From NCBI RefSeq assembly GCF_000150275.1, contig NW_002060953.1, positions 2,320,719-2,384,718 of the forward strand: DNA of 64,000 bases, written 5' to 3'. The notes below the pieces were generated by a model. The model searched no databases and was not told where the DNA came from. It saw only the letters and a program-made list of their open reading frames with translations. Position numbers and translations under genes: made by a program. Source of the DNA: Trichoplax adhaerens (lineage: Eukaryota > Animalia > Placozoa). This document shows, in pieces, positions 50,501 through 64,000 of the stretch (its first letter is position 1; every line of letters begins with the position of its first letter).

Positions 50501-53500
50501 CTCCAAATAAATTAAAATCTATTTCGAATATCGTATATAGAGATTAGATTATGTAGCGATAATTGACTTAAGAATTTCCATTTGAATTTTATATCAGCAA
50601 AAATCCAGAGCTAGCAGTGCAAATTCCTCTCCACGCTCAAGAAGGACGTCCAATGTTGAAATAAATGATGATGACAGCCCGCTTAAAGTGTCGAGTCAAA
50701 GTTTTGATGACCGAAAACCTATTAAAAGCCCAAGTGCAAGTGTTAAAGGTGCCCCTGCCAATTTATTTGAAAGGAGACATTCTTCAGTGAAATTGGCTAG
50801 GACTGTGGTCTATGGCATATCAACAAGTATTTATTCACCGCGCATGCATGGCGGGCGTACTAGCATTTCTAAATCATGGCGTAAAAAATCAAGTATGGCA
50901 GCTGCAGAAGTAGAAGTAGAAGCAAAGGATGATGATAGCAGTATTTTTAAACGTAGGAGCACAAAGAGGAGAAGGCAGTCGCCTCTAGACAGAACCATAT
51001 CTGCGGAACTGGGTGGTGTAGAAAATAGACGACGTTTTATGTCAACTAGAGTCCGTAAAACCAGTAAAGGATCCACGATAAGCAATTCATTCCGACAAAG
51101 ACTCATCCATACAGCAAGAAAATTCGAACAATCAGAGGATAATGAGCCAACATCCCCAACAGTAAAATCTAATTTTGATATTGATTCGTTCCCTTGGATT
51201 CGGTCAGTTCTACAGCTATGCACAGATAAAGACTTCAGCTGCAAATGTTTGCAGCAAGGTAACAGTAAATGTTATGTTAGCTGTCATCGCTTTCAGACCG
51301 ATTGTTGCTACCAACTTTCGAACATCATGAAGCTAGTTTGCAGTCGAATTCATATACCCGATGAGTTATTTATTGCCATTTTGACATCAAGCAAGAGTCC
51401 ATATGAAAATTTTACTTCATCAAATAAAAGATTAACTCCGTTTTTAACTTACTTAGATAAAGATGTAAGTGGTTCATGTTCGAGCTATATTAGACTTTAT
51501 TTAACTACATGCATTTGCCTATTTTTTATTACTCGATTCGTGGCAATTGTTAATTATATTTCGCTAATGATGAATTTTTACAATTCCTAGATGTCTTGCA
51601 TTGCTTGCTCACCATTTTCAGTCATGTCAACTGCTGCAGCAACTTTGCCTGATTCAACCTATGAAAGCCTTATTCCTGTAACATGGCAATTGCTGTTAGA
51701 ATCGGAATTAAAATTATCGTCTGTTGCTTGTAAGTAATATAGTTAAAACCAAATCTCCCATGTCTCATATTTCATCGACTCCTTATAATAATCTGCCTTC
51801 CTTTCTTCAATTCTAGCTACAGTTTTCCTCTTGGCCTCTTCCAGGAAAGAGGAATATGTGCAAGAACTCCTTCGAGGCGAATTTAACTCAAAAGATGCTT
51901 CACGTATCGTTAAATGTATCCAAAGGTTTGTACAAAAGTACTATTGCCTGAAATTTTAAATTATTAAGTTTATCGTTTCATAAATATAATTTAAGTTACG
52001 TTATAACTCTACCTTTTCATTTAGGTTTAGCATCTTATGGAGGAATCGATATAATATGTCTCCTAAGCTTCCGCATGCCGCTTATAAATATTTTAAGGTA
52101 GTGGAGAATGTATTGTTCAGAAGAATAAATGATGGTTGCTATTTTTACTTTCTATCGCTATTTTTTTTAAACTCTAGTTCGGGCCACCACGTGTTAAATT
52201 TACTTTACCTTCTCCTGCCTTGGGTCTACCAGCGCAAGCTGTGCCAGATATTTCGTGGGTTTTTGCATCACACTACAGAAATCCTGGAGACCTGGATGAT
52301 AAGGTAACTTTTGAATAATTGTGATTCAAATTCGTAATGATAGAGCAGTTGGACTGGTGTAATCACAAATCATTTATCCGCAGAATCAATGTCATTAAGA
52401 AGGATGCAGCGAATTCTATTACCCTATCAAGCTTTTTAAACAACTTCATGTACTTTTCTTAATCTATTACTTTAGCTTTCCATAGTTGGTTACCGAACTG
52501 AAGTAATCTCTCAAAGAAGAGAAAAAAAAGAAAAAGAAATAGCACAAATGAAAGCAAATCAGAGAGAAAACTATAAATTGCTCTCCATACCGCTGATATC
52601 GCACGCCTGTAACCAAGACGAAGGCGAAGGTTAGCCGCAGTATCGTCATTTATTCCAAGAACTTATGTTTAAATAGTTTGCGTGGTGATATTATCCTTGC
52701 TATGAATGTAATGTTGTTTATTCTAATACTATAAACCAGAAACCGAAGGGCAAGATAAGGAATACAATCGAATCATGCAACAACCTTTCTTTCCTCCTTC
52801 GCTCACTGCTTCGGTAATTGATTTAATAGCATGCCTGGAAAATGCTGCTACGGATTTTAACGGCGTATCTGGTAAACTTTTATTCAATTACTTCAGTTAT
52901 AATTGAATTATTGATATAACGTTCAAGAAGTCCTTTCGCTGCCTTAATTACAAATTTATAGCTGACGTACCGCTTTGATTTATCGACGTAGTTATGAAAA
53001 CTAGCTTGCAAGTAATATGGTCTTGTCTGGTTGAAGAACCATCGCTGTTTTTTCGACATTTTATCGAAAATTTGTTGGATCGTGGTTCTCAGGTAAAGCT
53101 ATTTCACAATTACTCACACTGGTACCAAAGGTGTCGTGACTACAATGTCTCTACAAAAGATAGCATTTCCAACCTACAAGTGCTCATAAATACTGTTTCA
53201 TTAAAAGTTTGCTCTCGCTGTTTTCAATTTAGGATTTACTACTGCAATCCATTCGTAAGCTTTTGCTTTGCTTACCTTATCTACCTCAGGCTGCAGCTCA
53301 TTTTTTACTGAATCATTTGGTATGAAGCATACATAGATTGCTAAATCATAGTATTAACAACGCTAATGCACTTTATCGAAATTTAACTTTTTTTGATCGC
53401 TACCTTGGCTGCTAAACAATTAAGATTGCTTAACCTTGTAGTACATTTCGCTTCGGTTAGGTTGGAGTTGTAATGCATCAAGTCAATAATCCAACAGAAT

Positions 53501-56500
53501 TTTCCAAGCGCTCCATCATGTCTGTAATGTCAGTAGTATGGCAGGTAAAATTTATTGTTCGGTAGATTACAAGAATATGACACATTTAGCTAGAAAAATA
53601 TTACCCTTAATATTTTACCTATCCCTCAGGTTGCTTCTCACGTCCATGATGTCAAGTTGAAAGATATCAAAGCCACTCTTCGAAAGGAGCAAAGCGATGT
53701 AAAAATTTAAAGACATACTATCCTATTAATTGCAGCTAAATAAGCCTAGCATTCTCAATACTGTAGCATTTTTAAATGTAATTTTCGAATTTTTAGTCGA
53801 CGGTATTAATTTGCGCTGGAGGTCCGGGAGCTAAGGTAAATACAAACTAAAAACACTTGATAGTTATCTATTACCTGATTTCAGCTGCAATATAAAGTAT
53901 TCATTACAAAATGCTGTTATTTTGACAGAACGTTATTTTATGAACTAAAATTTTATCTTACAGAAATTAAAGATTTTTTCACCGGAAAATCTAGAAACTG
54001 CTATTGAAGTGCCGCTGCATGAGGTCAAATTGCTATCACGTATTAATTTACCGCTAGTCTAGGGCATTAAGTTGTTATTTTCGTGCAAAATATTAAGAAG
54101 TAAAAAGGTTTATATTTCCTTTAATTTTTACAAGTAGGACATGCAAATGGGACGTGTTTACGATTTTGCCATTGCTCGATCACATTCACATCGCGACGAG
54201 TATTGCTTAATAGACCAGAAGTCGGGTAAAGCAAATCATACTTTCATATCACCTAAGATCATTTAATTTTGCTGCTTACAGAACCAAAGAAGTTTAAGCT
54301 TTACTCTCAGCAAATTTTAAATATCGAATCTTCAAATAAGCGATTCTTTCATATCCTTAGATTATGTTTTCGACTCAAAAGACTATGTCATAGATTTCTA
54401 CAGTCATCGTAACAATCCACCACCTAATTTGTTGATTAAGAAATTATCTCGCAATGACAAGGAGCAACGAATTTCTGCACAGGTGTGGCTGATGTAAACT
54501 AAAATAGTAAAATAGTTACAGTATTGATGAAATAATGAAGTATCACTGACCATTTAATCCAATTGCAGCTTTTCTAATAAATTCTACTACAGTGAATATT
54601 TCAATGATACCACATTAAATCTTATAAATTTAAAAGATTATAACTAGAAAATTGGCAGAAGTCGGGAAATTACTTTTCACCCAAGTGCTAGTCCACGTTG
54701 ATGATAATCAGGTAATAAACGAAATGCTTAGCATTAAGCTAGCTATTGAAAAATCAGATATGACATAAATTAATTATCATATTTGTACAAATAATCTTTT
54801 CTTGAAAAGCACTTTACTGGTGAATGTTTATTTTAATCTTGAATAGATCTTACAGCAATCCTTACAGCTCCATTCTGATTTAGTGAAGCTGCAATCATTC
54901 CCTAGGACCGCAATTGATGTCGATTTCGTTCTTTGTGGTATAGAGACCTATGGTCGTGTAAGTGGGCGCAATTTACTTTATATGGAACCTTGAGAAGCAC
55001 TTGAAATTAGTGGCTGAGCTACACATCTTTATTATCAAGAGTGGCTTAACATTGGCCTTGCTATGTTTTATTTATAGGAATTAATCACTACAGATATTGT
55101 GCAAAGGCTTTCATGGATTAACTTTATCTTGGAATTGTTTCAAGGAATTGGTTCGACATCGTCATATTTATGGTCTGATGAATTCACGTCGTATATTAAT
55201 ATCATTAACGGAGCAATATTAATGCATAGTGAAGAGGTTATAATCCTGAGATCTGGTCTGGCAGTGTTTATAAAAATTGCTCAACAATTTGGTCAATCGT
55301 TTATAAATAATTGCGGGTATATTACGCTTACCACTTATAATACCTAGCAAATCTTGAAATGAAAGTGTTACTTTAATTAATATAATATATATATTACATC
55401 TAATAGAATAATTGCTTCTACCAATGTCAATGCTTTAATTCTTCAAAATTTCTATATTCCAGTTATAATTGCATCCTGCCGACATTAATACAAATATATG
55501 CTCACCATTATCATAATTCGTTGGCTAAGCAAGCCATAGAGGTAAGCATATAGCGTTAATTCACCTTATCTAGTAGTATGTATGCCGTCAATACTATATT
55601 ATTACATTAAGTATAATAACCATCTGGCATAAATTACTCTAATCATGTCATCTATTGTATTCCAATTAGTTTACATGGAGTCAATTCTATGCAATACATA
55701 GGAGCCCTTTCTTACTCCGGGTATAATTGAAATCGTTAATATTATGACAATTTTAGTTCAACTATTTCAATCAATGCATTTAGTAATCGTGAAACCGAAT
55801 TCGTTCTAATAATGTAACCAAACTGAAAATTTAAATTTTCTTCGCTCTGCTAATACATTAAATAACTTGAGCCTTCTTTAAGTTAATTGTTTTTTTCTAC
55901 GGAAACCGTAAGTGCCTCGCTATAATAGAACCTTTGCTATCAAAGCCAAACATTGCCGTGAACGAAACCGAAAAAGTAAGTAATTTACAATAATATTAGT
56001 GGATAATATCGAAAAAAGTAAAACCAATACTAACAATGAGTTATACCTCAGATATCAGCTCACAACATGTTTTCCTTATTGATGTCCATGGAATCGAAAC
56101 CGAGTGATCCGATTGGTATTCTTGATCTTTTCGAAAATTTACCCAAAGCAGCAGTATGCAGCGATTCAAAATTCCAATTCAACATCTTCTATTTTATTTT
56201 ACGTAGCAATAATTAGAAAGTTTTACTCGAATAATTACCGAAATAATTTCCATCTAGTGCTGATATTCAAGTTCTGTGTTTTAATCTAATTTGACTTAAC
56301 CTTTTGCAGGACAACTGCTACGATTCTGTAGATTGGCAATTCGACTTTAAATTAGTTATTCGCCTCTGTGTAGTAGTATTTGTTTATGCACCAGAAAGTA
56401 AAAGAAGCTTTCAGTTAATGGTAAAGTAGCTAATACATAATTTGTTCCCGGTTTCGACAGCAGTTTATCTACTTTATTGACTAACTTTCATTTTAAACAT

Positions 56501-59500
56501 GCTAGAGTATTCTCAATTTATTATTGCCCTACTATTACGATCATCTCCGAGAGAAAACCCGAGTGAGCAAACAAAAACTTATTGATTGCAAGCTTGAAGT
56601 GGATGCTCTAAACGAAATTGCTTCTTCCATCCATTTATTACTGAAGAACAGTAAATTCATGGCAAAGTTAGCTTTCATCATTACTAATTAATATGATATA
56701 TCTTTATCATTTCTTGTTTAAAAGTAGTGAAAAATACAGAGCATTTTTGCGTAATTACTTAGGAGTTTTACCATACCGCAAAAGTTATATAATCATTATG
56801 TACTGCATGGTGATAACAAGTACAAAAGGAAAGATATGGAAAGCAGCAATCATAGTGTATTCATTGATGTAACAAGTTCCATAACTGCTAATCAAACATT
56901 TAGTTTAACTCGGCAATCAACACCCCCTTACAGGTAAGGCTCTCAAAATACAAATGGTAAACGGTAATTTAGACGGAGAAAAACTTCTTGCTTTCAAATT
57001 TACCACAATTCTAAACTAATACTGATTTTTGGAATTCGATCTTCTATTACAGGCAGGGAACCTTCGAACAGGCATCTATGTTTCGTGAAGGCGAAAAATA
57101 TGATGGTGGTGCACGGATCAAAGATAGTCAACGCGGAGACTATCTACTATCTATCGTGTCTACATTTGTCACAGTACACTTGCAACGTCTAACTGAATTA
57201 AGTCATTACTTACCAAGGCAATATTCCATTTCTGACGTCTTTGATAATAATTGCTTTACGGTAAAATCAATTACTGAGAAAAATCATTAATATAATCAGA
57301 TCCTTTTTATTAACAAATATGATCACTTTATTACATTTATGATAGATTATTACCGATGTGACCGTATCTTTATTCAAGCTGGCTCTTTATGACTCTAGTG
57401 TAATGCGAAATGTGAATATCTCTAGGTAATGGCATTGCTTTGACTCGCTGGTAGTTATGACTTGAAATTTACCTTCTATCACGACATAATCTAGATATTT
57501 TACACAAATTATGCCTGCAATTGACTGGCTACACCCAAATTTGTTCAAGTATTTTCGATCATTTATGAAGAAGTTAGATAAAGTACTTCATAGTTCAGCT
57601 AGAATGCAAGCATTCCAGGTATGGTCATCAATTAAGTGATGGATTATATTTGTAGATACTGCAACCTAAGCTAAGATATCGAGAATAAAAATAATATCAT
57701 AAAATAGTCTAGCTTACTTCATTATTGCGCTGTTATATTGATTAATATCATCATTGCTACATGGTTTTAGACATCCCAAAGTTGTGAATTAATCGTGTCT
57801 CTGGCAAAAGGTGATTGTCAGTAAATGCAAATAAACTGAAATATTTACAGCGTTTAAGAAAATATTTTGGCATACCGTTGATAAACACGTAAAAAGAATA
57901 AGACAACCTCTTAACTTTCTTTTTTCTTAGGATTGACTACGATCATTCAGAAAAAGAAAGAATTAGCTGGTGTTCAAACAGTACAGGTTGTTTTAAATTA
58001 AAATTTTAACATGATCCTATGATGTAAACCACTAATGATTTAGTATTACGAAAGTATTGTATTATTAAAGTAAAATTATGTCTTGTCAATAGGGAGTAAT
58101 CAGTAGCTTAGTATCCTTTCTATACGAAAATGTCCCTCCATTTGATGAAGGAATTTCTGGATACAATGATACAACTTTAAATAGAGTACCCGATGCCTTC
58201 CAACAAGCAGTGCTTGACTTGGTAGTTGTTGAACTTTATACAGTTAAAGAATTTTCATGTTTAAGAGCAGCTTGCAATAACGACTTCGAGTTTGGAGATA
58301 AAACCGAAAAAGAGCTGGTCTTTATCCGCTTTTTGATACCTCTAACCTTCCAAATTGCCAAGCATAATTTCTTAGGCATGAAACTAACTTTTGAATATAT
58401 TAAGAATGAGTGATTGATCCTTTGTTGACAGCTTAAATACAATACTTTGTGTCATGCTTTGACTAGAACAAGCAAATAAAGTTTTAAAAACTTATTATGA
58501 CATTATTATAGGTGAAGACTGCTGCGTCTTGTATCCTGACATAGTTTTCTTAATGAAGTGTTACCTAAGTGCCCTAGCTAATCAAAGCAAACAACGCCGA
58601 AAACTGATGCAGTTTATGCCAGAATTAATTGGCCATCCCCCTAATAGTTTGCATTGCGGTAGTTTTAGCTTCTTACCGAGAAAGAACCTGTCGAAACTAA
58701 ATGAAAATAAAATAGAACAATTGCAACATATAGCATTCCTAGGTAATGTAACTTTGATGTTGATTATTTCTTTGCTTACGGTGAAGCTACTTTGAGTATT
58801 AAGTTGGTAAAACATTGGATTAATTTCGTAAGTGTGGCAATTGTCTTTGTATCGTTTTATGAAAGGTCTAAAAGTCTTGATTACCAGTTTCCATAAAGTA
58901 CTCGGAAATCATTGGCTGCTACTGAGTAAATTTATCCAAGAATATTTCACAACGGAAATCGGTATGAGTATTCGGAAATTAAAATTTTTACCCTTTTAGT
59001 AACAGAAACACCTATCTATGACCATAAAGGTGTATTCCTACAAATAAAGTATTGCATATATATGTTAAAACTAAAGCCCGAATCCCATATTTATATTTAA
59101 AGCAGCACAAGGTATTTAAATACTTTAGGTACTAGAGTTTATATTGCAGATAGAATAATTATGAAATTACTATCGTTTATTGTTGGGAATTGTTTAAGTT
59201 GAGAAATGTCGACTCAATACATTTTATCTCTTCAATCTTGATCTAGACAATGAATGCTTAAGAATAGCACTTTTGGACTTTATTAAATTTACCATGATGT
59301 ATAGAACTCCGTTATATCTACATCTGCTACCGTTTGTCAAGTCTTCATTAGTGAGGATTACAAATTTAATTGGTCTTGTTATCAACTGCATATAGTAGCA
59401 GATATAAGATACCCCTAATCCTTTTAAATGACGAAGCACGTATATGTCTTTTTGTCTTTTTAGACAGAATTATTTGAAAAGAAGGACAGAAATGAGATCA

Positions 59501-59982
59501 TGAAGCAGCAAATTATCGAAATTCAGCAAATTTCAATGCAGCCTTTCTTTGATAGCGCAGAATCTTGCTTAAGCAGACTATATGACGAATTTGAAAAAAT
59601 TACGTTTACGAAATTGGTTTTAATCGATAGTGAGAACATTCAAGACGATGAAATTAATTCTATACTTGATACGCCTACAAGTAACAAACTCTTAGTCAGA
59701 AGTAAGAGCTATCCATTAATGTTCAACGAATTTGCTAGTAACCGTGATGATGATGAAATCGTCCATCATGATCGTAGTATAACACAAGCTACAGTTTTCT
59801 GTTCAAAGCTAAGTATTAATAAAGCTAGGATTAATTTTATGATTGATAAGCATCGTTGTAGAACTGAAGATATCAAAAAGGCTAAATCTGCCGAAGAAAT
59901 TGTAACAGAAATAACTTGCTCCAATGAAAGTGAAAATTGTAACGAATGTGACAATCAGGATTTACGAGAGACGATACTATAG
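44539..59982 (+). CDS. UNC80: UNC80, NALCN channelosome subunit (~40 exons)
   Basis: VPLVIQNYFWKLQS|PFMRPKLGK..|ILERIICENK..ISRWDFVAAATPHV..AETKLMYTLHWILLDA; FKHLGCQYGCGEGIRG..GDKLR; CPYSLKLVACQLIYEITAF; LWRNRY; FKVRATTCKFTLPSPALG; WSCLVEEPSLFFRHF; FPRTAIDVDF; INIINGAILMHSEE. Ends RETIL* at 59982. The frame is open 5' of the ATG to the acceptor at 44493, so the start may lie further upstream. Confidence 0.92.
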
Positions 59983-60067
59983 CCAGAAGACTGATACTGT
60001 TCTATTATTAAATTAACGTTTTATTAATTAATAAGAACTTATTAAATTTTTCTAAACTTCTGAAACG

Positions 60068-60094
60068 TGTAAAGTCTTGTAAAGTCTTGTAAAG
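60068..60094. repeat. 10-bp tandem repeat TGTAAAGTCT x2.7
   Basis: tgtaaagtcttgtaaagtcttgtaaag, just 3' of UNC80. Confidence 0.7.
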
Positions 60095-61040
60095 ATATTA
60101 TGGTCCAAGTTAACTAAATAAGCAGATGTTCACAAGTTAACTTTAAATTAATAATATTTGAAAGTTCGTATGAGTAAACGATTATATTTATTGGATAACA
60201 TATACTTAAACATAGCATTTAAATAAACGTTTGATGACAAATCGTTTTCCAAATTAATCACATATTGATGCTTGGGCATTATCTAGTGATTGCGTCATTG
60301 GCCAAGATCATTAGATCCTTTAATAATATTATCGACAGTCATTCTTAGTTCTAAATGAATTTTCGATAATTCTCTAGAGAAAATATTTAGACTAAACGCT
60401 TACAAAATTAATTGTAATATGCCAGCATAGCTAATGTATAGATTCATTTCCACAGTTTTCAAAGATACTTGGTAGTTTATAACGAAGAAATAGAAGGAGA
60501 TATTGCTTATGCAACAGTCAACTGTGATTTACTTGAATTCGATATAAATTTAGTACCGTAGTTTTTGACATGATTTAACGCTTTAGAGTATAGCGTGGAT
60601 TTAATAATTTGATATTTAGTTTTAAAATGCCGATTATATGCTTTAATATACTGGTACAGATATTGGAGTAGCAAATCTGAGAAGCAAGTCATTTTAATTA
60701 GATATTGAAGAGACATTATTGTGTTTAGGTCTTAAATAGTAGCTGTATGAAATCTAGCTAGATTTTCTTATCTGTCTACATTTATCATAAATATTGTTAA
60801 ATTAGCTATATAAATGAGTAGGCAGACAATCTATTCTCTTCCGCATTCAAGAACGTATGAAAATGCAGATATTCACGTATATCAATAACAGTATTATGTA
60901 TTTCATGGTATACGATAGCTTTCTTATGGCCGTATTTTTACAGTGCTGAGGCGCAGAGAAACTTCATAATATGGTCTACGTGGCAATCCTAGTGATATTT
61001 TAAGATCTGTGACAAAATTTAAAATTTATCGTAATTAATC

Positions 61041-61321
61041 TTATAAATTAGACTGCTTTTCATGAGTCTCTGGTAGAGCAATGGGTCTGTTGATACTTGT
61101 CACAATTGACCAACTATTTTCACCCGTATTACTAACGGTTAATTTGCGAGCGGTGCCTGGTTTTCTGACATTACTTTTTCCTTCGGAGAAAATAGATTCG
61201 TACGGATCAGCCTGACTGCGTCTTTTTTTACGGATACGATAGATGATATAGGCGAGTGCTATCAAACCGGCAAGAATAAGGCAACCAACTGCTGCAATAA
61301 TAGCGATATAGGTTACTTCCT
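61041..61321 (-). CDS. Terminal exon of an unidentified single-pass (type I) membrane protein; partial
   Basis: Acceptor tttgaacag, then a phase-1 exon: EVTYIAIIAAVGCLILAGLIALAYIIY (TM), RIRKKRR (stop-transfer), cytoplasmic tail to QSNL*. Upstream exons not resolved. Confidence 0.6.
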
Positions 61322-64000
61322 CTGTTCAAAGGAATTGAAATGACATATTAATGGCTTTTAAAGGTTAATACAATCTCAACAGAGTTGACATATTGGAAAT
61401 ATCTTAGCGAAATAAATATCTAACGTTATAACTACTGAATATTTAGGCACGAAATGGCTCTCAATGATTGTGACGTAAAATAACAGCATTTTTAGCTACC
61501 AGGAAATAACTTATAAAACGTCTATAATTGTACTAGCATCATTATTTCCTATTCTTTGTATTTTGTAATACTCGCAATCTAGTGTACTGTTGCATTGCTG
61601 CTTCCCAACCTAACTGATTTAAGAAATATACAATACAAGCTCTGAGATCGTAGGCGCGAAATCGTTGCCGATCGCAAGTAATCTACTGCAGCTAGCAATA
61701 AAAACTGAGTAGTAATTTATAATTTGTAAAGGAAGGATTGTTTTCATACGGAACAATTGTTTACTTGATATATATTGGATTACCGTTTGTGGTTCGTACC
61801 AAAAGATTCGTCGAATTTCTTGAACTGCTCATGATATGTCATTTAGATATCGTGATTCTGTAGATTTTGAGCCCAATTAATGTGTTGCATAAGCCATACC
61901 AAATGGATCTAGTAATGGTGGTACCAACGGGAAGATTGATTGATTGATGGGGAAATTATGAAATTTGAGAATAACTGAGGCTAAAGGTGTGTCTATTCTA
62001 TCTAGACTTGGGCGTTGTTTTTCGTAACTTATAGAAAAATCAATCCTGGAACGTGATCATACGAATAACGTTAGAAATAAAAAAGGAATGAAGAAAACGA
62101 AATAAAACCAAAGAAATATGCTATTTCTCTTGTGCTTGTATGACAGAAATATTAAAGCTAAGTAGCAGATTTGATGAAGACTAATTCCAATACACTTTGT
62201 ATTCCTAACTGATTCCATCAAGTTTAACCCTCAAACTAATGGAAACAATCAAACAGGTTGATTTTGCGATTGTAGTCTAAAAAGTATAGTATATTTATAG
62301 TACTCGACTTAGTGTAATCATTCAATTACTTTTAATTATAAATTAATTTAGTTACATTGCAAGTGACTGATAAATTAACCACTTTACGGCTGAGACAGTA
62401 AATCAGTTTATCAAACTTCTAGCACCGAAAACGCTCTTAAAATATACAATTTTAATACTCTATATCTTAAATTGTTAAGTAGCGTAATCTGATATAACTC
62501 ACGCTGTTAACTTGTTTTTGATGAAATCGTTGATATATCATAGCAAAGCCGTTTTTATTTATAGTAAAAGAATTTAAGTTTCATAGCGAGACATTTACCT
62601 ACAAACTGGAATCGTAAATTTATCTCCAGTTAGTCCTACTGTGATTTGCTCTTAAAATAATTAAGTATCTACTGCGAGCGTAAAATACTATAGAAAATCA
62701 TTAGTAAAATAGTACTTTGACTACTCCTTTGTGTATTGTGCAAGAGTAAAAGAGTAAATAAATTATGCTCCGTTACTATCATACATAAATAAAGCGGTAG
62801 TTTTATACCTAACCTATGAGTTGATAATATTCAATGTCCTAGTAAATAAGCTAGCAAAAAAAGATCATGAATATGTTGCGATGAAGGTTGCAGTTAGGCG
62901 TAGCTTTACCAGAAAAATCAAATTGTTATGCAGATGAGCATTAGTATAATAAGAACAATTATAAAGTAATTAATTAATTAATTCTAAAACCATTTCTTCT
63001 CTGATCCTGCGTACTGAACTGGTAACTATGAAACCGTATATATCCGTAATTCGTATAAGTAACTAAGGTCTATAGCTTGTATATAGTAGGGGCGAAACTG
63101 AGCGCTGCTGAATATGTAAATAGTAGGTTTACTTTGAAAAGCGCCACAGGAATTTATTGGTAAAAAATTTAAAGACTCGAACGCTAACCTAGAATTAAAG
63201 TGAGCATTTAAATTGGCAATTGATCTTACATACGGTACATTCACGACATTGCTCAATTTCTAGGCAATTACTTATAATTGGTATCGATTGGCATAGTTGG
63301 AATGTACTGCACTTACTCTCGAGTGTTGATAAGACGGCATATTATTCAAATATGATTTATTTAATCATACCTGAAAGTACAATTAATATGAAACAAATGG
63401 AGTATCCCGTAAATATAACTAGCAGATAAAAGTCTTAATATAATCCACGGCTAATATTGAACAAGATACAAATAATGATCGAATATTTACATGTTTATCA
63501 CAACGACGACAATATAATAATTCCTTAAAGGCCATAAGATATACACATCAATGCGTTGAACCATACTATTACCTTTCCTATTGTCGGTAATAAATAATGC
63601 ATCATTACATACAGAAATTTATATAGAATTCTTTGACAGCTAATTCAACGGGGGATTTATAAAGAAAAATAGTCTAATCAAACTTAGCCAACTTGATGAC
63701 AGCAAACACCTACATTAATGTTTGTAGCGCAACAGATGCCCGTATTTCGCTGCAATCTAACTATTCGTGATGATTTTACATGAAAAGTGAATGACTCTCC
63801 CTTCTGCTTGCAAGGTAATTTGACAATGTGTAGACAATCGGTTAAGCCTCAAAAGCATAATACATATTAAGGTGGCGATAGCACATTGAAATACTTCTGC
63901 ATATCCACAACATGACTAGGATTGATGTTGTAAACTGGATGCGTTGGATTCTGAAGAAGCCCATAAAAAAGTAAATTATTATTATAATTAGCAAAAATGA

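Noticed and set aside
50831-51244. 137-aa antisense ORF inside UNC80, and similar antisense ORFs over other exons
   Set aside because: Shadow ORFs of large coding exons.
1-64000. tRNA, rRNA, spliceosomal snRNA or intronic snoRNA genes
   Set aside because: No recognisable conserved sequences seen by eye; a covariance-model scan would be needed to exclude them.

Overview
AT-rich, gene-dense eukaryotic DNA with many short (~70-110 nt) GT-AG introns. This is a compact early-branching animal genome; the style suggests a placozoan such as Trichoplax, which is inference only. Spliced genes reconstructed by eye: a degenerate rhodopsin-type GPCR fragment (-), EIF2B5 (+), group I nucleoside diphosphate kinase (-), golgin-45/BLZF1 (+), RBX2/RNF7 (+), a Shark/HTK16-type SH2-ANK-SH2 tyrosine kinase (+), AKAP14 (-), PSMD1/Rpn2 (+), a small NrtS-like membrane protein with an intronless CDS (-), UNC80 (+), and the last exon of a single-pass membrane protein (-). 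Two signals stand out. (1) A bacterial-looking NrtS-family gene appears domesticated, with a spliceosomal 5'UTR intron and a promoter shared head-to-head with UNC80. (2) Dense, strand-switching TACTG/CAGTA (GTAC) palindromic arrays occur almost only at the 5' ends of broadly expressed or divergently paired genes and look like a promoter-marking system. Also present: a clean solo LTR with a 5-bp TSD, a decayed non-LTR RT fragment, a MITE-like foldback, a degenerate minisatellite and a GC-AG intron. Most short ORFs in the supplied track are spurious or exon fragments.
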